Assembly (NCBI GenBank): GCA_964016885.1
Contig: OZ024741.1
Location: 90,458,001-90,522,000, forward strand
Length of the DNA stretch: 64,000 nt
Direction of reading: 5' to 3'
Origin: Eledone cirrhosa
Lineage: Eukaryota
Shown here: piece after piece, positions 15,808 through 29,389 of the stretch
How the letters are laid out: each line of letters starts with the position of its first letter
How positions within the stretch are numbered: position 1 is the first letter of the stretch
Program-made: the position numbers and the translations under genes
The notes under the pieces: generated by a model
Databases searched by the model: none
Told to the model about the DNA's origin: nothing
Seen by the model: the letters and a program-made list of their open reading frames with translations, nothing else

Positions 15808-16609
15808 AATATATAAACAACCTTCCGGTTATCGAACCAACCAACCAACCGGAAATTTATAATAAATTGAAGTGAAAACCAGCAGGTGCGTGTGTGTTTT
15901 TATTGGCAAAGTATAACAATATCTGTTTCAACACACGATTTCAGATAAGAAATCTCACAAAACAAATTCAAAAAATAAAATTATAGTTACGAGTATGAGT
16001 AAACTATGTATAATTTAAATGAATAAACATTGTTTTCTCTGATCGAGACGAAGCGGATATATATGAATTCATAGAAAAATGAGAAAACTCATCGTTAGAA
16101 CAGCTGTTAAAACAGCCAAATGCTGTCAATGACAGCAATGGGCAAACATGCCTGTTGTAGATTGTGAAGCCGTTAGCAAAAACTGGAAAAGTCTGAGGCA
16201 GATAAAAAAAATCAATGTAATTTGAGTCTTATTTTACATAGATGGAATGTTAAACTCAGCAAATGCCTTGGAATCAAAATTTGACAAGAGTTCTATGCAA
16301 CATCGGGAAGAATGTGGCATGTTACTGTTTGTAAGAATCTGCCAGATATCATCAACAGCTAGTCTCTTATTAGTAATTATTCTAAATGTAAACAATTGCG
16401 AGAATAGTTTATTATAATTAAGAATAAATCTAATTCCCACACGAATTTCTATCAACAATGAAGTCTTTTACTATACTTGACCGCTCTATAGAGGTTTCTA
16501 TGTAGACCGTGGGTGTTAACTAACAAAAGGTTGAATTACTGAGAAGGGAAAACTGGTATTACATTTCGTTGAAGAAGCGGTAATAGTAGCAGCATGATTA
16601 TCATCACCA

Positions 16610-16700
16610 TCAGCAGCAACAGCAGCAGCAACGGCAGCAGCAACAGCAGCAGCAACGGCAGCAGCAGCAGCAAAAACAGCAGCAGCAACAGCAACAGTAG
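16610..16700 (+). repeat. Imperfect (CAG/CAA)n trinucleotide tract
   Basis: cagcagcaacagcagcagcaacggcagcag...; no supporting exon found. Confidence 0.85.
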
Positions 16701-18439
16701 TTGTGACAATAACTGCAGTTATAAGTTAAATGTTAGTAAAACATTTCCCTTCTAAAAGTAGGGGCTGCCATAAAAAAATAATGATTTAACATCGGGTTTG
16801 TTGGCTGTTATATTTTTGATATTTCATTTTAAATTAAGTGTAATTTGAAAAAAAAGTAACTATTTATTATGGAAGACCGAACGTAGAATCACATCGTTGG
16901 GTTCGATGTTTTGATGTCAGAATGTGTAATAAAACATCAATATATAATTCTGGGGAATAGCTAATGAAAATAACAGGAAAATGGAATGTCAAATTTGGAA
17001 GGAAAGGCTGACAAAGAATCAGATATAATCATTAACAGAATATAACCACTTAAAGATAGAAATGTTGAAAAACAGCAGCCTCATGATGATGCAAGAGATC
17101 AGAGTTAATATGTTAAAGAACAACAACTGCTATAGCGAACTCTTAAGGCAAAGGAATAGAAAGGACAGAATAACAGATTTCATGTTAGTGAATTAGAAAT
17201 TATATAGAATGGGTTGATAGCAAAAGCTGTTTTGAAAAGTGTCCTGATTTTAATATAGATTTATTACATTACATTAACTGAAATGCATATTTGTACATTT
17301 TACACACATTTCTCTTGCTTTCCCAGAATGATTATGACTCACCATGACCAGCTGGCTGGTTAGTTTCATATCCTTAAATCATTTGTAGCTCTATGTAGGT
17401 TACTCAGATTACGAAATTTCAAGTTCCGTGAAATACCATTTCGACCAATAGATTTCGTGGTTTCCCCAAGAGCCAAGTTTTTTCTAATACCTGCATAAAC
17501 CGTGTACTAGAAAATATTTCTTTGCCAATTAGAACTTATTTATATCATAATAAATTTTATCAAGAGAATCAATTAGGATGAACATTTGGTAGTACCATCA
17601 AAATGTAGTTATGCTAAGAGAGCCCAGCCCAATTTCCTTAACTTCAAACAGTATATTTCAAAGCTATATTTTTACTTACTTAAACGAATTGCTACAACAC
17701 AAGTTAATTGCTTATGGCGTTTTAGGTGTTTTCCCACAAAATTACATTATTATGCCAACAAGTGATAAATCATAGACTCTAAAGTTGCTTAATTATTCAA
17801 AACACTGCTGTAGATTAATGTATCTTTCTATTTATTATTAGAGAATTTGAACTTGAGTGTCTTATCAGACTTAACTTTCTACTCAATCAGTTTTTTTATG
17901 TCTGGAGTTTGTCGGCACCATCCATTATCCAATTTGTAAAACTATTTATAATGAAGAAAATAATTTACAGACTCATATCATTCGGAGTATAGGAAAGTCT
18001 GTATCTTTTCAAGATATAATTCAAAGGAAAATGAATTAATTATACATATTACTTTTACAGAAAACCAAGGTCATAGGGAAAATACAAAGTTAATCATTAT
18101 GTATTTTTTATTGGAATACGTTTGAGGCCTTAGATAAGATAACGTTTTATGGACAAACATGAGAAACACTAAAGTAATGTTTGATTGGATTAAATATGGA
18201 ATCTTGTTGTTCCATATTCTAATTCAAATTTCATAGCTAGTGTATTTGTGTTATATTTGATGGCAAATCTTTGATATCATAGTATCAGTATATCCGTACC
18301 TCTAACGGAGGTAGAGAGACAGAATTCATAGTGTTGGATAGAATATCATTGCAGTATTCATTCTGGCTCTTTACATTCTGATTTCAAATCCCGCCAAGGT
18401 CAACTTTGTCTATCATCTTTCCAGAATCAATGAGATATT

Positions 18440-19030
18440 CTTCTTCTTCGCCTGAGAGGGTCGTGGGGGAAGATTCCCCAAACACTTCTTCCAGAAGGTC
18501 CTGTCAGAAGCAACGGTCTCTAACTGATCCGACTGGATCCCCAAGCGAGACCAGCCGAGCTCATGGATGTTATCCAACAGTCTTGCTCAGGGCCTGCCCT
18601 GGGTCTCCTGTCGGTTGGTTTTGCCCGTAAAATCTTCCCAGCGACACCTTCTTGAGTCATTCTAACCATATGCCCATAATATCGGAGAAGTAACGGCTCC
18701 ACCTGAAGCGATTCTCTGATCTCCGAGCTACGCACTCTATCGAATAACGTCACTCCAAAGACCCTTCGGAGGAACCCTATTTCGGCCGATTGTATTCGCG
18801 ATTCGGTCATTACGCAATATTCATAACCATGGTTAATTGTTGACGCACATACCGAATTGAAGATAGCGAGTTTGGCTTTTACACCTACTCCCTTTCTTCT
18901 GATTACCGAATGCTGAAGCTGGCGCATTAGTGAATCAGGTCCTGCAATTCTTGCATTTAATTCAACCTCCTGACTTCCATCACTAGTGAACACAGTCTCG
19001 AGATACTTCTCCACTTTACTAACCTTGTGC
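18440..19030 (-). mobile_element. RTE-clade LINE 3' fragment (family of 31.5-33.1 kb)
   Basis: ORF 18520-19047: RIQSAEIGFLRRVFGVTLFDRVRSSEIRESL...YYGHMVRM. Confidence 0.85.
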
Positions 19031-19184
19031 CCTAAATTAGAAATCAATATATCTGTACTGGACTAGCACACTATTTCAGAGAAATATGTTTCTTGTTAAT
19101 TGAACACCGTAGAAAATTGTTGGATATATGACCTATTATAGTGAATATACAGGTAACATAGTTCTGTGAAGTTAAGCAGTTATA

Positions 19185-19740
19185 TTATATATATGTGTGC
19201 ATGTATGTATATAAATATACATACTACTGTACGTCTGTATACATATATGTATGTACGTGTACATACTTATATATAAGTAACAGCCGTACTAAGAGTGGGA
19301 AATGAAATTTCCGTTTATCGTTTTCGGTGCACCCGGTCGATTAACCCACTCGATATGCAAATTGGGCTACTGAGCCGTTAATATGCATAAGGTAAGTATA
19401 TACTTTCAGACGTTCAACAATCTGGCAGGAAGGTATACATTGCTGACGATAGCTAATAAGCTTGAAACTAGTACAGCATTCCTTTGTCATTGCTGAACAA
19501 ACGAGCAACGATGGTTGCTAGACACTACGGCTTAATACGGGATGTTTGTTTACAAACACACCGAGCATTATAATAAATGTTCGGTGAATCCATACGTACA
19601 TATATATATGTGTGCATGTATGTATATATATATATACATACTACTGTACGTCTGTATACATATATCTATGTACGTGTACATACTTATATTTAAGTAACAG
19701 CCGTACTAAGAGTGGGAAATGAAATTTCGTTTCATTTTTT
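19185..19740 (+). mobile_element. ~416-bp HHR-containing unit, ~1.3 tandem copies (relative of the 56 kb array)
   Basis: CTACTGTACGTCTG..GTACTAAGAGTGGGAAATGAAATTT is repeated at offset 416. Confidence 0.7.
19438..19478 (+). ncRNA. Type I minimal hammerhead ribozyme
   Basis: UUG-CUGACGA-UAGCU(AAUA)AGCUU-GAAA-CUAG-UA-CAG. Stem I is short. Confidence 0.65.
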
Positions 19741-20726
19741 CCGATTATATTATAAGTTCAGCAGTTATATTTAACTAGCTTAATTAGTCTCATATCAGAA
19801 TGAATTAATGAAAAATATGCTTAATTTAACATACATTTCATATGTTTATGGAATTCTCAATAACAAAAGAAAAAAACAAAAAAACAATTGGTGCAATCAA
19901 CCCTACCTGTCTTTGGCTTCATTTAATATTGTGTCCCCAATTAAATCTCGCTAATTTTAATCACTGGCTCTATCGAGAGGAAGTAACCCGAAGCTCTATT
20001 AGTCATCTGGAAGGGAAGCCATATTACAAGACATTAGATAATGATGTGTGAGTATATTTCAACTTTGTTAATATTTGACTTGCTTCATTGTGTCACAGAC
20101 GTGATGAAATGAACAATATCGAGAATCTTTACCAGATATCTCATAAACTACAGCTTCTCAGAAGATATTGTTTAGGACCCACTGATATATTAGCGTTTAT
20201 TTAAATCTACTCCATATATTGCAGACACATGCCACTGCATGCTTTGTGGCTATGGCACGCAGTAGCCATCCTTCTCTCCTCACAAAAAGTAAGAGCTGTG
20301 GGATCAGTTACATAAAATGTAGAACGGCTTTTTAAAAAGAAATAGATTGTCTGAGAACGTAGCTCAAAATGAAAATATTTCTAGTGAATTAAAAGATATT
20401 TATTGTTTTCAAAGCTCCCCTGTTTCTGCTGCCACCGTATTCCACTTGCATTAGGCATCAGATAGGTGTATAAGTATGGGGCATTTCTTTTGTGGAATTA
20501 TAGATGGAATGACATTAATAAAAAGTGATTTCAAGCTACAAAACATTCTGAATTTATACAGAAATGCAATTGCAGCACAAAAGAAAATTGCAAATGTGAG
20601 CAGTAATTGAAATTATAGAAAATATCGAATAATAAAGTGCAGAGAGCGTTGATAAGGGCAATTGGAAGAATAGTAGATGGAGGAAAGGGGAGCAATAGAA
20701 AATAATAGCCATATGAAAAACAAAGA

Positions 20727-20802
20727 ATTAAAGAGAGTAGGAAAGACAGGTGAGTGAAAATAAGCTTATTTTTACTCACCTGTCTTTCCTACTCTCTTTA
20801 AT
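20727..20802. repeat. Near-perfect ~75-bp palindrome
   Basis: TTAAAGAGAGTAGGAAAGACAGGTGAGTGAAAATAAG/CTTATTTTTACTCACCTGTCTTTCCTACTCTCTTTAA. Confidence 0.85.
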
Positions 20803-21555
20803 ACAGGAGTTTCGTTTTGATATATAATTTTCTACATACGTCTCTCTCTATCCACCCTCTCTCTCTATCCCCCTCTCTCTCTATCCACCCCCTCTCTCTC
20901 TCTCTCACCTTTTCTTCTAATGCAGGATTCATGACCGAAACTTTGAAATTTAAAACACTTGTCCTAAAATAACAGTCGTTGTTTTTGCTTGTTAATGATA
21001 ACCCTCATATATATATGTCAAGGCAGAATTCTAGGAGAAGGAAAACTCTGATATAACACCTGCAACTCTGATGGTATCCAATGTTGTTGACTTGTTCTTC
21101 TTTTTGGTAAATATCATCTTGGTTAAGAGAGTGGGACTGGCTTTGTGCAGTGCCTTTTCTCACTATAAAAGCTTCACGGCACAGGCATTGCTTTATATCT
21201 GGAGATCTCTCTGCACTTGTCGTCACATGGTACCATGGGCCCAGTACTATGTATCAATAATTGTCGCAAGTCTAGTGTTTGTACCAGAGTTTTCAAGTCG
21301 CTGGCTGAACGAAAAAGTCACACTCGTTCAGCGCATCGGTAAGGGTTCTCCGACATGGATATAAAGTAGTGGCCGTACTCGAAAACGAGTTGGCAGCCAC
21401 CATATATATATACATATATACATACATACATACACACACACATTATATATATATATATGAGGGTTATCATTAACAAGCAAAAACAACGACTGTTATTTTA
21501 GGAAAAGTGTTTTAAATTTCAAAGTTTCGGTCATGAATCCTGCATTAGAAGAAAA

Positions 21556-21602
<47 letters not shown>

Positions 21603-21671
21603 AGATATAGAGAGAGGGGGGATAGAGAGAGACGTATGTAGATTATATATCAAAACGAAACCCCTGTATTA
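20801..21671. repeat. ~200-bp inverted repeats flanking a ~450-bp insert resembling a LINE 5' region
   Basis: 20801-21007 is the reverse complement of 21457-21671. The insert has CTAGGAGAAGGAAAACTCTGATATAA, similar to 22811-22855. Confidence 0.75.
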
Positions 21672-22046
21672 ATGATTCACTGGAGGAGAAATAAGCATTG
21701 AGAGGTTAGATTATGTGTGTTTGTTTTTTGCTTTTTTTGTGTAAGCCATGTTAGACTATAACGTGGGTGAAGGACTATTGTCTGTGTAGTGTTTTCTATA
21801 TGCGAGTGTTCGTGAGCGCCAGCTGACCAGTATCGAGTGTATCAGAGGCTGACCTGATGGTTGTGTGTGTAGGTGTACAAGTGTGTGTATGCGTATCTGC
21901 TTGTATGTGTACGCACATGTAGAAACAATCCTTAGGTAGTAGAGGGGACAACGACAGCATGCAATTCACCGCGTCCTATATATATATATATATATATAAT
22001 AGAATAATCGAGTATCGGAAAATCAGCTCACGAATTAACGATAAAC

Positions 22047-22117
<71 letters not shown>

Positions 22118-22187
22118 TGTGTGCGTGAGAGCATATATGTGTTTATATATACCAATATTTGGATCATCCTTAAAAATATCTTAACAT

Positions 22188-22222
<35 letters not shown>

Positions 22223-22471
22223 TGAATTACTGGTGGTGATATCAAAATGAGCACTCGATGCACAGGCAGAATGTACATATTAAGAAGAATGATGATATTT
22301 TGGTTACACGTAGTACACATGTGCGTATGTGTGTATGATTGCATGTGTGTGTGTGTGTCTGTGTGTGTGTGTGCATGTGTGTGCATGTGTGTCCGTGTCT
22401 GCGAATACGGAAATGTCTCGTATCTATCTAGTGGTGGACAACCACCAAACTTATATATATATATATATATA

Positions 22472-23030
22472 CCAGTGCTACTGGTAACATGTAACCCAGT
22501 ACAACCTGTCGCATGGTCGGGTCTAAACTGGCCACCCCCCACCAAGTTTACTTGGTGAGGAGGGTGATTTTGGACACCCTGCAGGACAAAAAACAAAACC
22601 CGACAAAGGGCGGAAGAACTCATAAGAGTCAACGGCCATCCAAAAGTGTGTAAATATGTATATACACATGTACATATGTATGTATATGTGTATATACATG
22701 GGTGCATGTGTATGTATATGCGCGGGGACATAGAAATAGTCGGGCTGGACACCCGATCGTGGGGTTAAACCACTGGGAGTGAAGGACCCTAGCCTTTGTC
22801 AGGGCATTCTTCTAGAGAAGGCAACTCAGGAAACTGGGATAACTCTGATATAAAACCTGCGGCTCAGTAGTTACCGATGATGTAGATCTTTTCTTCTGTT
22901 CGGGTTATAGCTATTGTCGCTCAGAGTGGGATTGGCTCAGTGCACAGACTTTCCTCACTTTAAAAAATATCTTCACGTACAGGCAATGGTATATCGTGCA
23001 ATGGCCATACTCGATAACGAGGGGGCAGCC
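22472..23030 (+). mobile_element. Probable RTE-type LINE 5' UTR / derived repeat
   Basis: GC-richer block with a CTAGAGAAGGCAACTC..ACTCTGATATAAAACC motif reminiscent of RTE 5' UTRs. Confidence 0.35.
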
Positions 23031-24169
23031 ATCATATATATATATAGAGGTATCCACTGTAAGTTGTGGGGTCTATTCTGTATGAAGAACTCATTGCTTT
23101 TGAAAACAGCTGGTGATATGCATGTAAGTAAATATTCTCTCTATCTGATAGTTTGTAAACTTACATAGATCAATAACTGAGTATAGATACAATGTATTAT
23201 CACCATCTAGAAACGATCGTAAAGCAGTGAAGTATATCTCTAATGACTTGATTTTTTATTTCATTTTTTAACTTATATATATATATATATATATATGAAC
23301 TTAAGAAAGACAACAAAGGAAGGACAAAACAACGAACGAAAAACAATTTTTTAAGGGGAAACCTTAAAAAATTATTTAAAAAAAGGCAAATGCAGGGCCC
23401 AGCACTCCAGTGTCATCGGCCGCGTAGGCGGACTTTGGCAGTTTCGGCCTCTGCCAGCGGTATTACTGGCCTACCCGGGGTCACAGCGTCTGACACAAGC
23501 CAAACACTGTCCATTGGAGTAAGAAACGAGAGACAAAACATTAATTTATAGCAATTAAGCTACAACGAGTACACAGAATTTTATGTGACATCAGGGAAAA
23601 AATGTTGTGCTTCTTATAGCACGAGAGTCATGAATGAAAAAAGAAAATAAAGGAAAAAACAAAGGAAGAAAATAAGCAAGAATTAATATACATATATGTA
23701 CATATACATGTGTGTGTGGGTGTTGGAAGAGGGTATGTATATAATTGTGTGTACTTATGCACATATGTATATATATATGCTTTCATTTCCTGTTTATGAA
23801 TTCCCACTACCAGAAAAAAAAACATCACTATGAATGTGCATTTGGCAGAGCAACACACACATGCGCACCCATATACAGACACCCCAATTAAAAACAAAGG
23901 CACAAAAACGCATAAACACAGACACAAACACACATGGAAATATGTATATATACACGAGGAGCCACGTCACTCAAACACTTACATACGTACACATCCACGT
24001 AAAGAAATAGGGCCGATGTTTATAAATACCCATCATTTCACAAATCACAACACTGTATTTTTGTTGAAGAGCAGATAAATAATGGAGCCAATCTTTTGCG
24101 AAACGCGCGTAACAGGTCGGTACACAATAAAACTAGCCATATGTAAACGAAGCGGCATCGTTTTTCTTA

Positions 24170-24271
<102 letters not shown>

Positions 24272-24457
24272 CAATAGAAAATCTGAAGTCATATTCATTT
24301 GGTTTGGGTTTCCGTTATATATATATTTCGCTAAAGACTATCAGTTATGAGAGTCTGAGCTCCTTCGACGGTAAACCTATAAAACAATGAAATTTCATAA
24401 AATCCTTAAATTTGGAAAAGGTTTACTTTTCTTGATACTTCAACGGTCGGCTCCTCA

Positions 24458-25289
24458 TTCATTTGATTTATTGATTTATTGATTTATTGATTTTTTATCC
24501 GAGTGTCCCGAATCTTCCAGATCGCAACTTTTCGATCGTACGGTTGATTATAGACTTGTTCTATGTGTGACGGTATTTTAACGATAGTTATAGCTCTGAT
24601 TTATCTAAATTATGGAGCCCTCTGCCGCTCATATCGAATTTTGTTTATCGTGAACTCGTGCGCCGATTTTTCGATACTCGATTATTCTACTATATTTAGC
24701 TCTAGACCTAGCTATTGACCAGTTAATTTTATTGTTCATTTTTTGTCGATTCTATTAAATGATGAATAGCTCCTGTTTATTTTAACATGTCTATTGAGCA
24801 CTCTTATTCGATATGTGGATTTCCACATTTTCCCGAATATTTTTCGCGGATATAGAGGTTATCTCCCTTGCCGAATTCCATGTGCGTATTTAGCTTGGGT
24901 TATGCTTTTGCATTCGTTTGGACAAAGCTCGTTGAGGAAGTAAATTTCCTGTCCCCTGGTATCTAGAAGTCTTATATATTTTTATGTGAGCTGATAGAGA
25001 ACAGTTTAAGGATTTACAGAAACCCAAGAAGCTAGATTTAACATCTTTCTAGCGGGTCCGGGTATGCTTTTTACATTCATTTGATTTATTGATTTTTTAT
25101 CCGAGTGTCCCGAATCTTCCAGATCGCAACTTTTCGATCGTACGGTTGATTATAGACTTGTTCTATGTGTGACGGTATTTTAACGATAGTTATAGCTCTG
25201 ATTTATCTAAATTATGGAGCCCTCTGCCGCTCATATCGAATTTTGTTTATCGTGAACTCGTGCGCCGATTTTTCGATACTCGATTATTC

Positions 25290-25295
<6 letters not shown>
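24458..25295. repeat. ~220-bp direct repeats at 602-bp spacing (pLTR-like)
   Basis: 24458-24693 matches 25076-25295. A partial inverted copy lies at ~22000-22050. Confidence 0.8.
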
Positions 25296-25351
<56 letters not shown>

Positions 25352-25422
25352 ATAATATACATAGAGAGAATAATATATATTCTATATATATATATATATA
25401 TATATAATATACATAGAGAGAA

Positions 25423-25610
25423 TAATTGTTTCTACTTTTGGCACAAGGCCAGCAATTACCCAGTGTATTACTGGTACTTTATTTTATCGACCCCGTAAGG
25501 ATGAAAGGCAAAGTCAACCTCGGCGGGATTTGAACTCAGAATGGCAAGGGCCGTAACTCTATGCGTCAAAGCATGGCGTCCGACCCTCTACCGATACTGC
25601 CAATCCACCG
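25423..25610 (-). mobile_element. tRNA-derived SINE, full length
   Basis: The reverse complement has A-box TGGCAGTATCGG, B-box GAGTTCAAATC, a conserved core and a GTAGAAACAATTAT tail. Confidence 0.85.
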
Positions 25611-25894
25611 TATACATAGAGAGAATAATATATATATATAGAGACGATATAGAGAATATATAATATATATATATAAAGAATCGCTGCTTACATTCTTAAC
25701 GGGATCTTCTGAAACTTAGTTTCAGATGATCCCGTTATGGTTGAAAGCAGCGATTATTTGCTTTAATATGTTATTTTAACTTTAATATGTTATTTTAATA
25801 AATATTTGCTCTACGGTTTTATATATTTTATATATATATTATCCTTATCGAGCCCTCTTCGGATTTTAGTCTTCACTTTTATTATTATTACTAT

Positions 25895-25927
<33 letters not shown>

Positions 25928-25952
25928 TCACACACACGCACACACACGCACG

Positions 25953-26049
<97 letters not shown>

Positions 26050-26073
26050 CGATTCTTTGCTTAAAATTTGTTC

Positions 26074-26125
<52 letters not shown>

Positions 26126-26235
26126 TATAGACATAGAATATTCTGTATGTTTATAATAAACATTTTGAAGACCTAATCGCTATAGAATAGAATACGTCAC
26201 GTATTACAATTAGATTCTCGATAAAAGCAAGGGAA

Positions 26236-28138
26236 GTAATCTACGCGTTTCATTCTTGTTAGAATTCATCAGGACTACATATCCAGTGCTTTTATCGAGA
26301 ATGACACAGCTAGAGACTTATAGAATACTTAGCTGTGTACTGGAACTGGTTTGAAAGAGCGGTTGCCGGTCCGGCAGAAATTAGAAATTGGAATAAATGC
26401 TCTGAAATAGCGATATATATGTGAGTATAGACATAGAATATTCGAAAATATTCTGTATGTTTATAATAAACATTTTGAAGACCTAATCGCTATAGAATAG
26501 AATACGTCACGTATTACAATTAGATTCTCGATAAAAGCAAGGGAAGTAATCTACGCGTTTCATTCTTGTTAGAATTCATCAGGACTACATATCCAGTGCT
26601 TTTATCGAGAATGACACAGCTAGAGACTTATAGAATACTTAGCTGTGTACTGGAACTGGTTTGAAAGAGCGGTTGCCGGTCCGGCAGAAATTAGAAATTG
26701 GAATAAATGCTCTGAAATAGCGATATATATGTGAGTATAGACATAGAATATTCGAAAATATTCTGTATGTTTATAATAAACATTTTGAAGACCTAATCGC
26801 TATAGAATAGAATACGTCACGTATTACAATTAGATTCTCGATAAAAGCAAGGGAAGTAATCTACGCGTTTCATTCTTGTTAGAATTCATCAGGACTACAT
26901 ATCCAGTGCTTTTATCGAGAATGACACAGCTAGAGACTTATAGAATACTTAGCTGTGTACTGGAACTGGTTTGAAAGAGCGGTTGCCGGTCCGGCAGAAA
27001 TTAGAAATTGGAATAAATGCTCTGAAATAGCGATATATATGTGAGTATAGACATAGAATATTCGAAAATATTCTGTATGTTTATAATAAACATTTTGAAG
27101 ACCTAATCGCTATAGAATAGAATACGTCACGTATTACAATTAGATTCTCGATAAAAGCAAGGGAAGTAATCTACGCGTTTCATTCTTGTTAGAATTCATC
27201 AGGACTACATATCCAGTGCTTTTATCGAGAATGACACAGCTAGAGACTTATAGAATACTTAGCTGTGTACTGGAACTGGTTTGAAAGAGCGGTTGCCGGT
27301 CCGGCAGAAATTAGAAATTGGAATAAATGCTCTGAAATAGCGATATATATGTGAGTATAGACATAGAATATTCGAAAATATTCTGTATGTTTATAATAAA
27401 CATTTTGAAGACCTAATCGCTATAGAATAGAATACGTCACGTATTACAATTAGATTCTCGATAAAAGCAAGGGAAGTAATCTACGCGTTTCATTCTTGTT
27501 AGAATTCATCAGGACTACATATCCAGTGCTTTTATCGAGAATGACACAGCTAGAGACTTATAGAATACTTAGCTGTGTACTGGAACTGGTTTGAAAGAGC
27601 GGTTGCCGGTCCGGCAGAAATTAGAAATTGGAATAAATGCTCTGAAATAGCGATATATATGTGAGTATAGACATAGAATATTCGAAAATATTCTGTATGT
27701 TTATAATAAACATTTTGAAGACCTAATCGCTATAGAATAGAATACGTCACGTATTACAATTAGATTCTCGATAAAAGCAAGGGAAGTAATCTACGCGTTT
27801 CATTCTTGTTAGAATTCATCAGGACTACATATCCAGTGCTTTTATCGAGAATGACACAGCTAGAGACTTATAGAATACTTAGCTGTGTACTGGAACTGGT
27901 TTGAAAGAGCGGTTGCCGGTCCGGCAGAAATTAGAAATTGGAATAAATGCTCTGAAATAGCGATATATATGTGAGTATAGACATAGAATATTCGAAAATA
28001 TTCTGTATGTTTATAATAAACATTTTGAAGACCTAATCGCTATAGAATAGAATACGTCACGTATTACAATTAGATTCTCGATAAAAGCAAGGGAAGTAAT
28101 CTACGCGTTTCATTCTTGTTAGAATTCATCAGGACTAC
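26236..28138 (-). ncRNA. Seven type I hammerhead ribozymes (43 nt each, starting at 26236, 26546, 26856, 27166, 27476, 27786, 28096)
   Basis: Minus strand reads GUAGUC-CUGAUGA-AUUCU(AACA)AGAAU-GAAA-CGCG-UA-GAUUAC. Confidence 0.9.
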
Positions 28139-28416
28139 ATATCCAGTGCTTCCCTTGCTTTTATCGAGAATCTAATTGTAATACGTGACGTATTCTATTC
28201 TATAGCGATTAGGTCTTCAAAATGTTTATTATAAACATACAGAATATTTTCGAATATTCTATGTCTATACTCACATATATATCGCTATTTCAGAGCATTT
28301 ATTCCAATTTCTAATTTCTGCCGGACCGGCAACCGCTCTTTCAAACCAGTTCCAGTACACAGCTAAGTATTCTATAAGTCTCTAGCTGTGTCATTCTCGA
28401 TAAAAGCACTGGATAT

Positions 28417-29389
28417 GTAGTCCTGATGAATTCTAACAAGAATGAAACGCGTAGATTACTTCCCTTGCTTTTATCGAGAATCTAATTGTAATACGTGACG
28501 TATTCTATTCTATAGCGATTAGGTCTTCAAAATGTTTATTATAAACATACAGAATATTTTCGAATATTCTATGTCTATACTCACATGTATATCGCTATTT
28601 CAGAGCATTTATTCCAATTTCTAATTTCTGCCGGACCGGCAACCGCTCTTTCAAACCAGTTCCAGTACACAGCTAAGTATTCTATAAGTCTCTAGCTGTG
28701 TCATTCTCGATAAAAGCACTGGATATGTAGTCCTGATGAATTCTAACAAGAATGAAACGCGTAGATTACTTCCCTTGCTTTTATCGAGAATCTAATTGTA
28801 ATACGTGACGTATTCTATTCTATAGCGATTAGGTCTTCAAAATGTTTATTATAAACATACAGAATATTTTCGAATATTCTATGTCTATACTCACATATAT
28901 ATCGCTATTTCAGAGCATTTATTCCAATTTCTAATTTCTGCCGGACCGGCAACCGCTCTTTCAAACCAGTTCCAGTACACAGCTAAGTATTCTATAAGTC
29001 TCTAGCTGTGTCATTCTCGATAAAAGCACTGGATATGTAGTCCTGATGAATTCTAACAAGAATGAAACGCGTAGATTACTTCCCTTGCTTTTATCGAGAA
29101 TCTAATTGTAATACGTGACGTATTCTATTCTATAGCGATTAGGTCTTCAAAATGTTTATTATAAACATACAGAATATTTTCGAATATTCTATGTCTATAC
29201 TCACATATATATCGCTATTTCAGAGCATTTATTCCAATTTCTAATTTCTGCCGGACCGGCAACCGCTCTTTCAAACCAGTTCCAGTACACAGCTAAGTAT
29301 TCTATAAGTCTCTAGCTGTGTCATTCTCGATAAAAGCACTGGATATGTAGTCCTGATGAATTCTAACAAGAATGAAACGCGTAGATTAC
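28417..29389 (+). ncRNA. Four type I hammerhead ribozymes (28417-28459, 28727-28769, 29037-29079, 29347-29389)
   Basis: GTAGTC-CTGATGA-ATTCT(AACA)AGAAT-GAAA-CGCG-TA-GATTAC: canonical core, GUA triplet, palindromic ACGCGU stem III. Confidence 0.9.

Larger units (their letters stand above)
15088..15921 (+). mobile_element. 5'-truncated Penelope-like element: inverted pLTR stub, GIY-YIG endonuclease remnant, pLTR with HHR
   Basis: Termini ~15088-15172 and ~15850-15921 are inverted copies. The interior holds an endonuclease motif and an HHR. Confidence 0.75.

Noticed and set aside
16610-16700. PolyQ coding exon
   Set aside because: Nearby stops and no convincing splice sites.
17328-17358. First coding exon of the vWFA gene (cccag|AATGATTATG...GCTG|gttagt)
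   Set aside because: Phase is compatible, but the peptide (MIMTHHDQLA) is not signal-like and it lies 41 kb away. Unsupported without transcripts.
26161-26205. Second, opposite-polarity ribozyme in the 310-bp unit (TTGAAGA..GAATACGTC), as in viroid-like RNAs
   Set aside because: Lacks CUGANGA, GAAA and closing stems, so there is no support for an ambisense ribozyme pair.
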